IMG/VR virus record: IMGVR_UViG_3300020045_007008
Span: 17,450-81,449 of that record
Reading direction: 5' to 3' (one strand)
Source of the DNA: a virus
DNA: 64,000 nucleotides
Shown piece by piece: positions 19,722-30,847 of this stretch; position 1 is the first letter of the stretch, and the number at the start of each line of letters is the position of its first letter. A model generated the notes under the pieces. It was not told the DNA's origin. It worked only from the letters and a program-made list of their open reading frames with translations, and did no database searches. The position numbers and the translations under genes were made by a program.

Positions 19722-20201
19722 ATGCATAGAGGAAAATATAAGAGAACGAAAGAAATAAAATTAAAAATAAGTAAATCTTTAACGGGACATAAGCGAACAA
19801 TGGAATCAAGGCAAAAACAAAGCGAATCCACTAAAGGTAAAAAACAATCTAAAATTCATATTAAAAACAGAAGTATATCAATGATAGGTAAGAACACCGG
19901 TAAAAAACGAACAGAAGAACAAAACAAAAAAAGAAGTTTATTATCTAAAGAAGAAAAAAATCCAAATTGGAAAGGTAAAAAAGCCGGATACACATCTATT
20001 CATATATGGTTAAAAACAAATCACGGAAAAGCAGATAAATGTGAAAATTTGGATTGTATTGGAAAATCAAAAATATATGATTATGCTTTACTAAGAAATA
20101 AAGAATATGACCATAAAAGAGAAAATTTTATAAAGTTATGTAGAAGTTGCCATAAAAAATATGATTTAAGTAATAATTTTTTTATAAACATAAATAAGTA
20201 A
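19722..20201 (+). CDS. NUMOD3-containing HNH homing endonuclease-like protein
   Basis: Repeated NUMOD3 motifs (KISKSLTGHKRT), NPNWKG, IH.W and LCRSCH. Confidence 0.75.
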   Translation: MHRGKYKRTKEIKLKISKSLTGHKRTMESRQKQSESTKGKKQSKIHIKNRSISMIGKNTGKKRTEEQNKKRSLLSKEEKNPNWKGKKAGYTSIHIWLKTNHGKADKCENLDCIGKSKIYDYALLRNKEYDHKRENFIKLCRSCHKKYDLSNNFFININK

Positions 20202-20205
20202 AAAT

Positions 20206-21447
20206 ATGAAGATAGTTCGTTTTAGAGCAATTAATTACAAGGGAATTAAACAAATAGAAATTATTCCAGAAGGAAATTTAGTGATAGTATCTGGAAAAAA
20301 TGGAGCTGGAAAATCATCAACATTAGATGGAATAAAAAACATTTTAGCAGGCAAAGACAAAATAACAAAACACCCAATTAGAAATGGTGAAGATAGAGCA
20401 GAGTTAGAATTAGATATTGAAGGACAATCTAGTAATGGTATAAAAGTAAACTATAAAATAAAAAAAGTTTTTACTGAAAATGGAGAACAATTACAAATAA
20501 TTAATAATGATGGATTGAAATATCCTAGCCCTCAAAGTTTTCTGAATAAACTAACTGGTAGTAAAAGTTTTGACCCAAATGAGTTTCTAAATAAATCAGA
20601 AAAAGAACAAAGAGAAGAATTAATTAAATTTTCAGGAATTGATTTAGCTAAAGAAGATAGAGACTTACAAGATATTTATGACCAAAGACATCAAGTTGGA
20701 ATAGAAGGAAAAGCATTAGCACAATATAATGATACTCAAATACAAGAAGCAAAAGAATATGAAAATATTGAAGAAATTAATATTAGTGATTTAACAAATA
20801 AATTAGAAGTAGAACAAAATAAACATCGAGAATATAATAGTGCTCAAAATGAATTATTATCAAATGATGAAAAAATAAAAAATTTAGAAAATCAAATTCA
20901 ATTAATAAAAGTTAGAAATGAATTATTAAAAGATATTAAAAAACCAGAAAGCAATATTGAAGAAATAAAAATAGAACTCAATACTGCAGATGATAAGAAT
21001 AAAAAAATAAGACAATCAAAACAAATTTTAGAGAATAATGAAAAGGTTATTTCAAAGAAAAAGGAATGGATTGGATTAGATTTACAATATAAAGAAAAAC
21101 AAAATGAACGTCAGCAATTATTATCTGCTATGGAATTACCATTAGACGGATTAGTAGTTACAGAGGATGAAATATTATTTAATAATGTTCCGATTAAACA
21201 ATTATCAACAAGTGAAGCAATGAAAATAGCAATTGCAATGTATATTGAAACTTGTGTCAGAGATGGAATAGAATTAAAACTAGTTACTATAAAAAATGGA
21301 AATGATTTTGACGATGATAGTATAAAAATAATTGCAGAAATAGTTGATGGATATGAAGATTTAACTATGTTTATTGAAAGAGTAGTTAATAGTGAAAATG
21401 AAGCAGTTGGAATATATATCGAAGAGGGTGTTATAATTAAAAAATAA
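20206..21447 (+). CDS. SMC/SbcC-like coiled-coil ATPase
   Basis: Walker A GKNGAGKSS, long coiled coil and LSTSE signature-like motif. Confidence 0.8.
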   Translation: MKIVRFRAINYKGIKQIEIIPEGNLVIVSGKNGAGKSSTLDGIKNILAGKDKITKHPIRNGEDRAELELDIEGQSSNGIKVNYKIKKVFTENGEQLQIINNDGLKYPSPQSFLNKLTGSKSFDPNEFLNKSEKEQREELIKFSGIDLAKEDRDLQDIYDQRHQVGIEGKALAQYNDTQIQEAKEYENIEEINISDLTNKLEVEQNKHREYNSAQNELLSNDEKIKNLENQIQLIKVRNELLKDIKKPESNIEEIKIELNTADDKNKKIRQSKQILENNEKVISKKKEWIGLDLQYKEKQNERQQLLSAMELPLDGLVVTEDEILFNNVPIKQLSTSEAMKIAIAMYIETCVRDGIELKLVTIKNGNDFDDDSIKIIAEIVDGYEDLTMFIERVVNSENEAVGIYIEEGVIIKK

Positions 21448-21457
21448 AACAATAATT

Positions 21458-22522
21458 ATGAAATTTAAAAAACAAGATTTAAAAAATATATTATCGATAG
21501 TTTGTCCTATTGCTAATAAAAATAATCTATTGCCGATATTGAGTAATATTTTTATCAAAGCAGAACAAGATAATATAAAATTTATTTCTAGCGATGGTGA
21601 AAATATAGTTGAATATACACAAGATGGCCAATATGAAACTGGTGAATATATAATTAATTCAAAGACATTTCAAGATTATATTAATCTAATAACAAGTGAT
21701 GATGTCGAATTAAATTTTAGTGAAAAATGTTCTATAAATAGTAAGACACATAAGACAACTATTAATTTACAGAATAATGAAAAATATCCAAATTTATTAG
21801 AAAAGACAAATGGATTTGAATATGAAATTGATAGAAAAGAATTAATGAATAGTATTTCACAAGTATTATTTGCATCATCAACTAGTGATATAAAAATAGA
21901 ATTATCTGGTGTAAATTTTAATTTCAAAGATATATTAATTTTAGCATCAAGTGATGGAATGCGATTAGCAGAAAAGAAAATAAATATAAGCGGTGATGAA
22001 TTAAATATTATAGCACCATCTAAACTTTTGAATATATTATTAAATATATTATCAAAAATAAATGATGATAAAATAAAAATTATTGCAAATCAAAATAGTA
22101 TTTCATTTAAATCTAATAATGCATATATTTCATCGAGATTAATAAATGGTGTTTTTCCAAATTATTCTCCACTAATATCGAAAGAATTTAAAACAAATAT
22201 TATTGTTGATAAGAATGATTTAATAAATACTATACAAACTAATGCATTATTTTCTTTAGATGGGACTATTAAATTAGATATAAATGAAAAATTATATATA
22301 GATACAGAATCATCGATGGGTAAAAATAAAAGTGAAATTGATATAATAAAAACAGGAGAAAATAATAATATAAAATTTAATTATTTATATTTATTAGAAA
22401 TAGTAGAAAATATAAAAAGTAATAGAATAATAATAGAAATGAATGATAGTAAATCGCCTGCTATTATTAAATCAGATATAGATGATAGATTTTTTTGTGT
22501 ATTAATGCCAATGAATCAATAA
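21458..22522 (+). CDS. dnaN: DNA polymerase III beta sliding clamp
   Basis: PILSNI, SDG.RLA, SRLING.FPNY, FN..YL and VLMPM C-terminal motifs; 354 aa. Confidence 0.92.
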   Translation: MKFKKQDLKNILSIVCPIANKNNLLPILSNIFIKAEQDNIKFISSDGENIVEYTQDGQYETGEYIINSKTFQDYINLITSDDVELNFSEKCSINSKTHKTTINLQNNEKYPNLLEKTNGFEYEIDRKELMNSISQVLFASSTSDIKIELSGVNFNFKDILILASSDGMRLAEKKINISGDELNIIAPSKLLNILLNILSKINDDKIKIIANQNSISFKSNNAYISSRLINGVFPNYSPLISKEFKTNIIVDKNDLINTIQTNALFSLDGTIKLDINEKLYIDTESSMGKNKSEIDIIKTGENNNIKFNYLYLLEIVENIKSNRIIIEMNDSKSPAIIKSDIDDRFFCVLMPMNQ

Positions 22523-22525
22523 TTT

Positions 22526-24730
22526 ATGAAATATATAAATGGTTACACATATAAGGACAAAATAATTCTCGAATACAAAGAAGATAATATAAAAAAACAA
22601 AAAGAAATAATAGATTTTAAATGGTATTTTTATATTAGAAAAGTTGATTTATTGAAAATAGATTTAGATAAAATGAAGTCTTGTGGAATGATAGATGATT
22701 ATATTATTGGAAATGAATATGTCAGATTATATTCTCAAAATTTAAATAATAACTACGAACAAGATGCAAAGAAAGCAGTTTTAGAATATTTAAAAAAAGA
22801 AAATATAGAAACATTCGAATCTGATTTTGATAGTTTAAAAAGATATTGCATTGATAATAGAATAGAAGTAGATGATGATTATGATATATTATATTTTGAT
22901 ATTGAAACTGATGATACAAATATTGGAATAAATATTGGTGCATATCCTATGTTAACAATGGGAGCAATTGATAATAAAGGTAATAAATTTTATTTTAATG
23001 ATAAAAATGAGAAAATTCTTTTACATAATTGTTTAGAATTATTTAAAAGATATGATATTATTGCAGGATGGAATAGTTCTGGATTTGATTTACCATATAT
23101 CAAAGAAAGGATGAAAGAATATAGATTACATTTCAATTGGGGAAGTGTTGCACATATTGATATGATGAAACGATTCATATCTCTCTTTAATCTACCTAAA
23201 AATTCATTAAATTATGTTGCTGAATATTTTTTAAATGCAAGTAAATTAGACCATAGTGGAAAAAGAATTATAGATATATATAATAAAGAACCGGAATTAT
23301 TGAAAGAATATAATATGCAAGATGTACAATTATTGAAAGATTTAGATGAAAAGGTCGATTGTTTTAAATTAATGATAAAAGAAGCAAAGTGGTGTAATAC
23401 TTTTATGAGTAATTTCTATGTTTCAGAATTATTAGATAATTATATTTTAAAGAATGCGAAAGAAAAGAATATTATATGCCCATCAAAAAAACAACAAGCA
23501 GATAATTTTCAATATGCTGGAGCAATAGTATTAGAACCTGACCGAGGATTATATGATGATGTATATGTATTTGATTTTAGTAGTCTATATCCTAGTATTA
23601 TAATGACATCAAATATTGGTTTTGATACATTGGATAAAAATGGACATATAAAGAACCCAGGCTCAGGATTTAGATTTTCAAATAAAAAGAAATCAATCAT
23701 AAAAGAAACTATTGAAGGAATGATAGGAAAAAGAAAAGAATATAAAGATAAAAAATTAAAGATGATTGAAGAAGGAAAAAATAAAGGACCAGAATTTGAA
23801 ACTATAGTTAGTAATGAATATGTTGTTAAAGCTCTTACTAATTCTATCTATGGTATAATGGGAATGCAAACAAGTAGATGGTATTCAGTTGAAATAGCAG
23901 AATCAATCACAAAAATGGGGCAATGGATAATTACATTTACATTAAATTATTTTAATTCAATTGGCTTTAAAGTAATCTATGGTGATACAGATTCACTATT
24001 TATCTGTGATAATGAAAATAAAGATATTAAAAATAAAATGGAAGATATTTTAAAAGAATATCATAGAGTTTTAGAAGATGAACTTAAACAATATGGAATT
24101 TTAGAATCACATATTCATTTAGAAGACGACAAAACATTTAGTAGATTTTTATTAGTTGATAAAAAAAATTATACTGGTATTGCTTCAAGCATAAACGGTA
24201 AAAAAACAAATGAACTATATACCAAAGGACTTGATTATATAAAAAGAAATACAATTAAATATGCAAGTAATAAACAAGAAAAATTAATTAAACATATTTT
24301 ATTTGATAATTATAATATTGATGATTGTATTTGGTTTATCGAAGAATGCCAAAGAGAAGTGATAGATGGTAAATTAGATATTGAAGATTTAATCATCAGA
24401 ATGAAAATAACAAAACAACCAAAGGAATATGCGTCAAAATTACCACACGTTATTATTGCCGAAAGAATTATAGAAAAGACTGGATATTTACAAAATTATG
24501 AAATTGAATATATTGTAAAAAATAGTGATATAAAAGAATATATAATGGTAGAAGAATATCAAGGCAAATATGATGAATATTTCTATTGGAATAATAGAAT
24601 TTATAATTTATTAAAAAGAATATGTAATGTTGCATTTCCTGATGAAGATTGGGAAAGATTTTATATGCAAAAAATAAGAGAAAGAGCAGGTAGAAAGAAA
24701 GAACAAAATCAATTATTTTTACAATTTTAA
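22526..24730 (+). CDS. polB: Family B DNA polymerase
   Basis: Exo DIET and GWNS.GFD; DFSSLYPSI; K...NSIYG; YGDTDS; KKNY; C-terminal QNQLF. Confidence 0.95.
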   Translation: MKYINGYTYKDKIILEYKEDNIKKQKEIIDFKWYFYIRKVDLLKIDLDKMKSCGMIDDYIIGNEYVRLYSQNLNNNYEQDAKKAVLEYLKKENIETFESDFDSLKRYCIDNRIEVDDDYDILYFDIETDDTNIGINIGAYPMLTMGAIDNKGNKFYFNDKNEKILLHNCLELFKRYDIIAGWNSSGFDLPYIKERMKEYRLHFNWGSVAHIDMMKRFISLFNLPKNSLNYVAEYFLNASKLDHSGKRIIDIYNKEPELLKEYNMQDVQLLKDLDEKVDCFKLMIKEAKWCNTFMSNFYVSELLDNYILKNAKEKNIICPSKKQQADNFQYAGAIVLEPDRGLYDDVYVFDFSSLYPSIIMTSNIGFDTLDKNGHIKNPGSGFRFSNKKKSIIKETIEGMIGKRKEYKDKKLKMIEEGKNKGPEFETIVSNEYVVKALTNSIYGIMGMQTSRWYSVEIAESITKMGQWIITFTLNYFNSIGFKVIYGDTDSLFICDNENKDIKNKMEDILKEYHRVLEDELKQYGILESHIHLEDDKTFSRFLLVDKKNYTGIASSINGKKTNELYTKGLDYIKRNTIKYASNKQEKLIKHILFDNYNIDDCIWFIEECQREVIDGKLDIEDLIIRMKITKQPKEYASKLPHVIIAERIIEKTGYLQNYEIEYIVKNSDIKEYIMVEEYQGKYDEYFYWNNRIYNLLKRICNVAFPDEDWERFYMQKIRERAGRKKEQNQLFLQF

Positions 24731-24740
24731 AAAATAAAAT

Positions 24741-24836
24741 TGTGGATAACTTTTCAGTACATTAAAATAATCACTAATATTAAAGTAAATTAAATACATT
24801 TTAATACTTGACCAATTCTATATAATATTATATAAT
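24741..24836 (+). promoter_or_regulatory. DnaA box + TCACTAATATTAAA + sigma70 promoter cassette
   Basis: TGTGGATAA at 24741, TCACTAATATTAAA at 24771, TTGACC 24808-17 nt-TATAAT. Confidence 0.8.
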
Positions 24837-24867
24837 TATAATATAAGAGATAAGTAATAAAAAATGT

Positions 24868-25611
24868 ATGAAAAAAATAACAAGAGCAACATTAAAAAGT
24901 TTTATCAAAAGAGAACACAAGAATAATAATTTATTTGTAAAGACTAAATCAAGTTTTGATGGTATGGTAGATTGTGTTATGGCTACTTCAGATGATTTTA
25001 GAAAAGTAGAAGAAATAAATTTTGATGATAGTCATACATTAGGTCTAAAAGGATTATGGTTAGTAGGAGAAAGTAGAGATTATATTACAGAATATTCAGA
25101 TGATAATTATATTGGATATTATATTTCTAATTGCTGTGGTTCGTCAATCGTAGCAATGAAAAGATTATTTTAAAATATAAAAATATGATAACTAAAGAAA
25201 AATTTTTATCTTATGAAGCGGTTAGAGAAGATGGAATGACAAATATGTTTGATATTAAAAAAGTGATAGAATTATCTGAAATATATTATGGAATAGAATT
25301 AACTAGAGAAGATATTACAGAAATAATGAAAAATTATAAAAAATTTAAAGAACAATATCTATAAAAATATGAAATTATATAAATTTATTAGACCCCAGAG
25401 TGAGCAAATTATAGAAGAAGTCAGAGCAGAAAATCATATTGAAGCAGTTCAAAAAGCAATTAGTCCAATGATAAATACCTCTACAGATTTTTATACTGAA
25501 GAATTAGATATTAGAGATGATGAATTTTTTAGAGAACTAGCCACAGATGCAATGTTAGAAATTGGATTGACAGAAGATGAATCAGAAAGAATGTTAGAAG
25601 ATTTATTATAA
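24868..25611 (+). other. Three small hypothetical proteins (24868-25173, 25185-25364, 25369-25611)
   Basis: Packed ORFs after the promoter. Confidence 0.6.
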
Positions 25612-25616
25612 AATAT

Positions 25617-26072
25617 ATGTATCAAAAAGATGTAATACAATTATATAAAGAATTAAGTAAAAAATATAATTGTGATTATAGACTTGAATTTAATAATAGA
25701 AAAACAGTTTTAGGCTCTTGCAATTATAATAAAAAAGTTATTTCATTATCTAAACCATATATAGAATCAAATAAAGATGAAGTAATTAAAAATACAATAT
25801 TACACGAAATAGCTCACGCATTGACAAAAAGTGGGCACGATAAAAAATGGAAATTAAAATACATAGAAATTGGTGGAAATGGAAATAGAGTAAATTATGA
25901 AGCAGTTATAAAATATAAATATATTGCTACCTGTCCTGAATGTGGATATGAAACTGAATATAATAAAAGACAAAGCGTAGCGTGCCATAAATGTTGTGTG
26001 AAATATAATAATGGTAAATTTTCAAATAAATATATTCTAATATTTACTGAAAATAAAAATATAAAGTTATGA
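25617..26072 (+). CDS. SprT-like zinc metalloprotease
   Basis: TILHEIAHAL...H...WK plus CPEC/CHKC. Confidence 0.85.
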   Translation: MYQKDVIQLYKELSKKYNCDYRLEFNNRKTVLGSCNYNKKVISLSKPYIESNKDEVIKNTILHEIAHALTKSGHDKKWKLKYIEIGGNGNRVNYEAVIKYKYIATCPECGYETEYNKRQSVACHKCCVKYNNGKFSNKYILIFTENKNIKL

Positions 26073-26596
26073 ATTATAATGAAAAAGATATAAGAGAATT
26101 TTTAAGTGAATCAAATAAGATAGAACGAGAATATTCAGAACAGGCATTTGAAGATGCAATTTTAGCTTGGAAATATGCATATAAATATGCGATACCGTTT
26201 AAAATTAAGGGACTTCAAAGTACAAAATATATTTTAAAAATACATAGATTATTATGTCAGAATATAAGACCAGATATCGCTGGTAAGTATAGAGATTGTG
26301 ATGTTTGGATAGGTGGAGAAATAAAAAGATTTATAAGCAGAAAATTTTTAGAAGATGTTACTCAAGGTTGGATTAATACTATAGATATAAATCAAACAAA
26401 AAAATTAACAAAAAAGAAAAAAGAAGAAAAAGTAAAAGAATGGCATATTGGATTTGAGAAATTGCACCCATTCGAAGATGGTAATGGCAGAACAGGAAGA
26501 ATATTATACAACATTCATAGATTATTATTAGATTTACCAATACATATAATTCATACTGGAGATGAACAGTTAAATTATTATCGATGGTTCAAATAA
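26069..26596 (+). CDS. Fic-domain protein (AMPylase-type)
   Basis: Canonical HPFEDGNGRTGR motif; ESN.IE N-terminal motif. Confidence 0.9.
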   Translation: MNYNEKDIREFLSESNKIEREYSEQAFEDAILAWKYAYKYAIPFKIKGLQSTKYILKIHRLLCQNIRPDIAGKYRDCDVWIGGEIKRFISRKFLEDVTQGWINTIDINQTKKLTKKKKEEKVKEWHIGFEKLHPFEDGNGRTGRILYNIHRLLLDLPIHIIHTGDEQLNYYRWFK

Positions 26597-27121
26597 ATGG
26601 ATAATAAAGTTTGGATTATAACCGATACACATTTCAATCACAGAAAGATGGTAGAATATTGTACTAGGCCAGAAAATTTTGATGAGCTTATTTGGAAAAG
26701 ATTGAAAATAATTAATGAAAATGATTTATTAATTCATTTAGGTGATATTTGTATTGGTAAAGATAATGAAGTTCACGCGCATCTAAATGGTTTATTAAGA
26801 TGTAAAAAAATATTAGTCAAAGGAAATCACGATAAGAATAGTAATAATTGGTATTTAAGAAATGGTTGGGATTTTGTTTGTAATACATTTAGTGATTATT
26901 ACTTTGGTAAGAATATATTATTTAGTCATATTCCACATAAAGATATTGGTTATGATATAAATATACACGGTCATTGTCATACTACACCGAGGACAAAAGA
27001 TAACAATCCCGATATGAATGATAAACAGATATTATTAGCTATTGAAAATACAAATTATCAACCAGTTTTATTGAATACTTTAATAAGTTCATATATTAAA
27101 AATTATGAAAATAGAAGATAA
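26597..27121 (+). CDS. Metallophosphoesterase
   Basis: DTHF.H, HLGD, GNHD, SH.P and HGH.H motifs. Confidence 0.85.
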   Translation: MDNKVWIITDTHFNHRKMVEYCTRPENFDELIWKRLKIINENDLLIHLGDICIGKDNEVHAHLNGLLRCKKILVKGNHDKNSNNWYLRNGWDFVCNTFSDYYFGKNILFSHIPHKDIGYDINIHGHCHTTPRTKDNNPDMNDKQILLAIENTNYQPVLLNTLISSYIKNYENRR

Positions 27122-27247
27122 GATAAAAGAAGAATTATTGAAATTGAAAATGAATAAAAATAATTTAGGATATCTTGGAGAATTATCAGAAAAGCATAAA
27201 GCAATAAATAGAACAATATATAAAGCTATAAAAATTATAGATAAGAT

Positions 27248-27871
27248 ATGTCAACAATCAAAACTAGAAAAGAAAAAGGAAAAAAATTAGAAAATTGGAT
27301 TTCAGATAGAATGATGGAAAAGAGATTAGGTATTGCAAGTAAATCTCCTGGAAGTGGAAGTGGTACAAGAGAAAAGGCAGATATAGTTAATTCAGTTATA
27401 ATAGTAGAAAGAGAAACAAAAGAAAAAAGAGGATTAGGTATAGAAGCAAAAAATCACAAAACACCACATATACGAGAATGGTGGGAACAAACATTGAAAT
27501 TAGAAACAGGAGATTCAAATAGAATTCCAGTACTAGTCTATAAATTAGAGGGAGAAAAATATTTTGATAGTAAAGCAGTTATAAGATTAGAAACATTTTT
27601 AGATTTAGTAAAAGATAATTGTGAGTTATATGGAAATTTAAAACAACTAACAGAACAATTAGATAAAAGTGAAGAATGGAAAAGTGAAAGTATGAAAAAT
27701 AAATTAAATAATTGTTTAAATATGATTGAACTTGGTAGAAATAAATTAATGAGTAATAGTAAAGTAGAAAAGATAGAAGATTGGAATAATTATAATATGC
27801 AGAATGGAAATGAATATCTTAAGAAATCCAAAACAATAATAAAAGACTGTATAAATTTAATTGAAAAATAA
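27248..27871 (+). CDS. Hjc-like Holliday junction resolvase
   Basis: KG..LE...GSG....ADI...IEAKN motif. Confidence 0.65.
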   Translation: MSTIKTRKEKGKKLENWISDRMMEKRLGIASKSPGSGSGTREKADIVNSVIIVERETKEKRGLGIEAKNHKTPHIREWWEQTLKLETGDSNRIPVLVYKLEGEKYFDSKAVIRLETFLDLVKDNCELYGNLKQLTEQLDKSEEWKSESMKNKLNNCLNMIELGRNKLMSNSKVEKIEDWNNYNMQNGNEYLKKSKTIIKDCINLIEK

Positions 27872-27999
27872 TATGAAAATAAATCTAAAGATTAGTTTCT
27901 TATTAGCGATGATATTATCTTGGTTTTTCTTTGATTGGAAAATAGCACTGATTGTTTCTTTATTTGTAATGGATTTTAAATATACTAATATAAAATAAT

Positions 28000-28687
28000 A
28001 TGACAAAGACATTAACAATAAATTTACCACAATCATTTGTTTCTGCTTTACATAGAAGACATCATGGAGTAGAACACACTGAAGAAGAAATACAGAAAAA
28101 ATTTAAACATATTACAGAATTATATAATGGTTATAAAAAATCGGTAAACAGTCTTAATAAATTATGGGAATTTTGGAATAGAGAAAATGTTGAGAGTTAT
28201 TTTAAAAGGCCAAAATGGTATAATGCACATTCGAGAAGAAGGAAATTAGAAGAAAAAATAAAAAGATATCATGAATATATGTTTAGCACATTGACTTCTT
28301 TTGATGGTAATAGTGGCCAATCATTTTCAACTTTTCATTGTATTTCGCCAGAAGAAATATATGAAGATTTTTTAAAAAAATATATAAAATAATATGACAG
28401 ATAAAATTTTATCTTTAGGGGTGATGTATTATGGAAAGGTTAAGATAATTAAGAGTAAAGATAATATAGAATTAGTTCAAATACCAGGACAAAGTTGGTC
28501 TAATCAAGGATTTAAACATTATTCAACACCATTATTTATCATACATAATAATAAAGAAGAATTATTTTCAGTTGAGTATGATAGAAAAACAAGAAAAGAA
28601 GCAATAAAAATTGCAGATTTACATTTTGATAAAATATTAAATAATATAAAATTTGATAGAAAAGTAATAGATTTAAAAAATTATTAA
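28000..28687 (+). other. Two hypothetical proteins (28000-28392, 28394-28687)
   Basis: Packed ORFs. Confidence 0.55.
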
Positions 28688-28691
28688 AAAT

Positions 28692-29981
28692 ATGTTAAGT
28701 ATCTCAAAAACAGCCAATTCAAATTATCTTGCTAAAATAGTAAAAATAAAGAATTTAAGAAAACATAATAATGCAGATAGACTACAAATAACAAGTATTG
28801 ATTTTCAAGATGTTATTGTTGGATTAGATGCAAAAGAAGGAGATATCTATTGTTTTTTTCCATTAGAGTGCCAAATAAATAAGAATTTTTTGTCATTTAC
28901 CAATTCATTTAGGCATAGTGAATTAAATCAAGATAAAGAAAAAGTTGGATTTTTTGAAGATAATTGTAGAGTACGAGCAGTAAAATTAAGAGGAGAAAAG
29001 TCAATGGGATATATAGTTCCAATTGAAGAATTAGAAAAATTCATTGGAAAAGATTTAAAAGATTATATTGATGAAGAATTTGATACTGTTGATAATATTT
29101 TATTATTACAAAAATACATAATAAAGACTAGAGAATCTAATATCACCAATGGTAAAGGAAGGAAGCTAAAAATATCAAGACTAGTAGAAGGACAAGTTAG
29201 ATTGCATGTTGATACTGAAAATTTAAGAAAGAATGCTTTTAAAATCAATCCAGAAGATGAAATTACTATTACATATAAAGTTCATGGGACATCTTGGTGG
29301 GTAAGTAATTTATTAGTAAAGAAAAAATTAAATTTATTTTATAAGTTTTTAAAACTAATTGGAATTAAAATTATAGATAAAGAATATGATTATATCTACG
29401 GTTCAAGAAAAGTCGTAAAAAATGAATATGAAACATCAGGAAAACAACATTTTTATGATACTGATATTTGGGGAGAAATAAAGGAAGAAATAAAAGAATT
29501 TATTCCAAAAGGATATACTATTTACGGTGAATGTTTAGGATATACAAAAAGTGGAAGTGAAATTCAAAGTAAATATGACTATGGTTGTAATGTAGGAGAA
29601 AAAAGAATTCAGATATATAGAATTACCTTTACTAATGAAGATGGAGTAGTTAATGATTTATCTTCAAAACAAATAAAAGAATTTTGCGATAGATTTGGAT
29701 TAGAATATGTACATATATTTTATATGGGATTAGCAGGAAACTTATATCCAGAATTAAACTTAAATGAACATTGGCAAGAAGAATTCATTAGAAGATTGGA
29801 GAAAGATTACAATGACAAAAATTGTTTTATGTGTAAAAATGAAGTACCAGAAGAAGGAATAGTATTGAGAAAAGAAACACTATTTTATTTTGAAGCATAT
29901 AAATTGAAGTCTTGGAAATTTCTTGAGTGGGAATCGAAGGAATTAGATAAAGGAGAAGTCGATATAGAAAGTAATAATTAA
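28692..29981 (+). CDS. RNA ligase (Rnl2/DRB0094-like, with N-terminal OB fold)
   Basis: H.NADRL OB fold, motif I KVHGTS, IYGE, EGIVLR and KLKS. Confidence 0.85.
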   Translation: MLSISKTANSNYLAKIVKIKNLRKHNNADRLQITSIDFQDVIVGLDAKEGDIYCFFPLECQINKNFLSFTNSFRHSELNQDKEKVGFFEDNCRVRAVKLRGEKSMGYIVPIEELEKFIGKDLKDYIDEEFDTVDNILLLQKYIIKTRESNITNGKGRKLKISRLVEGQVRLHVDTENLRKNAFKINPEDEITITYKVHGTSWWVSNLLVKKKLNLFYKFLKLIGIKIIDKEYDYIYGSRKVVKNEYETSGKQHFYDTDIWGEIKEEIKEFIPKGYTIYGECLGYTKSGSEIQSKYDYGCNVGEKRIQIYRITFTNEDGVVNDLSSKQIKEFCDRFGLEYVHIFYMGLAGNLYPELNLNEHWQEEFIRRLEKDYNDKNCFMCKNEVPEEGIVLRKETLFYFEAYKLKSWKFLEWESKELDKGEVDIESNN

Positions 29982-29999
29982 TAATTTAAAATTAATATT

Positions 30000-30341
30000 A
30001 TGAATATAAAAAATGGAGATGTGTGCTTTTCACTTGATGGAGAACATTTTAATGATGATTGGGAAAGAATAGAAGAATTAAAGAGTGGAGAAAAATATTA
30101 TAAAGCAATTACTAGAGAAATTAGATTAGAAGATTTAATTGATGTAGATAGTATATTGGAATATATGCAAGAAAGAGCGGGTGAAGAATGTGGTGATGCG
30201 TCAGAAGATTATCTTATGGATTTGTTTGGAAATCAAAAACATAAAGATGAGCTATTAGATTTAATATGTAATTGGTTTAAATTAAAAGAATATCAACCAA
30301 ATTTCTATGCTGTGGATGATATTGAGGAATTAATTAAATAA
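30000..30341 (+). CDS. Acidic hypothetical protein
   Basis: ORF in operon. Confidence 0.55.
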   Translation: MNIKNGDVCFSLDGEHFNDDWERIEELKSGEKYYKAITREIRLEDLIDVDSILEYMQERAGEECGDASEDYLMDLFGNQKHKDELLDLICNWFKLKEYQPNFYAVDDIEELIK

Positions 30342-30343
30342 AT

Positions 30344-30571
30344 ATGATTTATTTTTTCACATCAAAAAAAGATACAAATTGTAAATTAATGAAACCGATA
30401 ATAGATAGACTACAAAGAAAATACATTATTGAAATCATAGATATAGATGAACATAGAGAACTGGTTAAGAATTTTGAGATAAAAGAATTACCAACATTAG
30501 TAAAACGAAATGGTAGATTATTCGGTATAGCATCAAAACAAAAGATAGTAGAATTTTTAAATAGTAATTAA
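30344..30571 (+). CDS. Thioredoxin-like protein with degenerate active site (DTNC)
   Basis: F.....C..MKP.I...IDIDE...L...F.I..LPTL pattern. Confidence 0.7.
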   Translation: MIYFFTSKKDTNCKLMKPIIDRLQRKYIIEIIDIDEHRELVKNFEIKELPTLVKRNGRLFGIASKQKIVEFLNSN

Positions 30572-30847
30572 AAATATGAATTTATTAAAATGTATTATTG
30601 TAGGAATTATTCTTGATGTCTTAATGATATTATGGATTATTCATTTAGCAAATTAATATGAAAAAATTAATAGTATTTATTGTATTATTTTATCAGTTCG
30701 CCTCTGGTTATTGGATATTTGGGTTTTCTATCCCGCGAGTGACATCTATCGCTATAGACAGCAATGGTCAATGTGTAAAATGGGAAGGAGAACAAAGACA
30801 ATGTACTATTGACGAAATATATATGATGAATAATCTTTACAAATTAT

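Noticed and set aside
19722-20201. Group I intron around the NUMOD3-HNH gene
   Set aside because: The flanking genes appear complete and the gaps are too short for an intron core; treated as free-standing.
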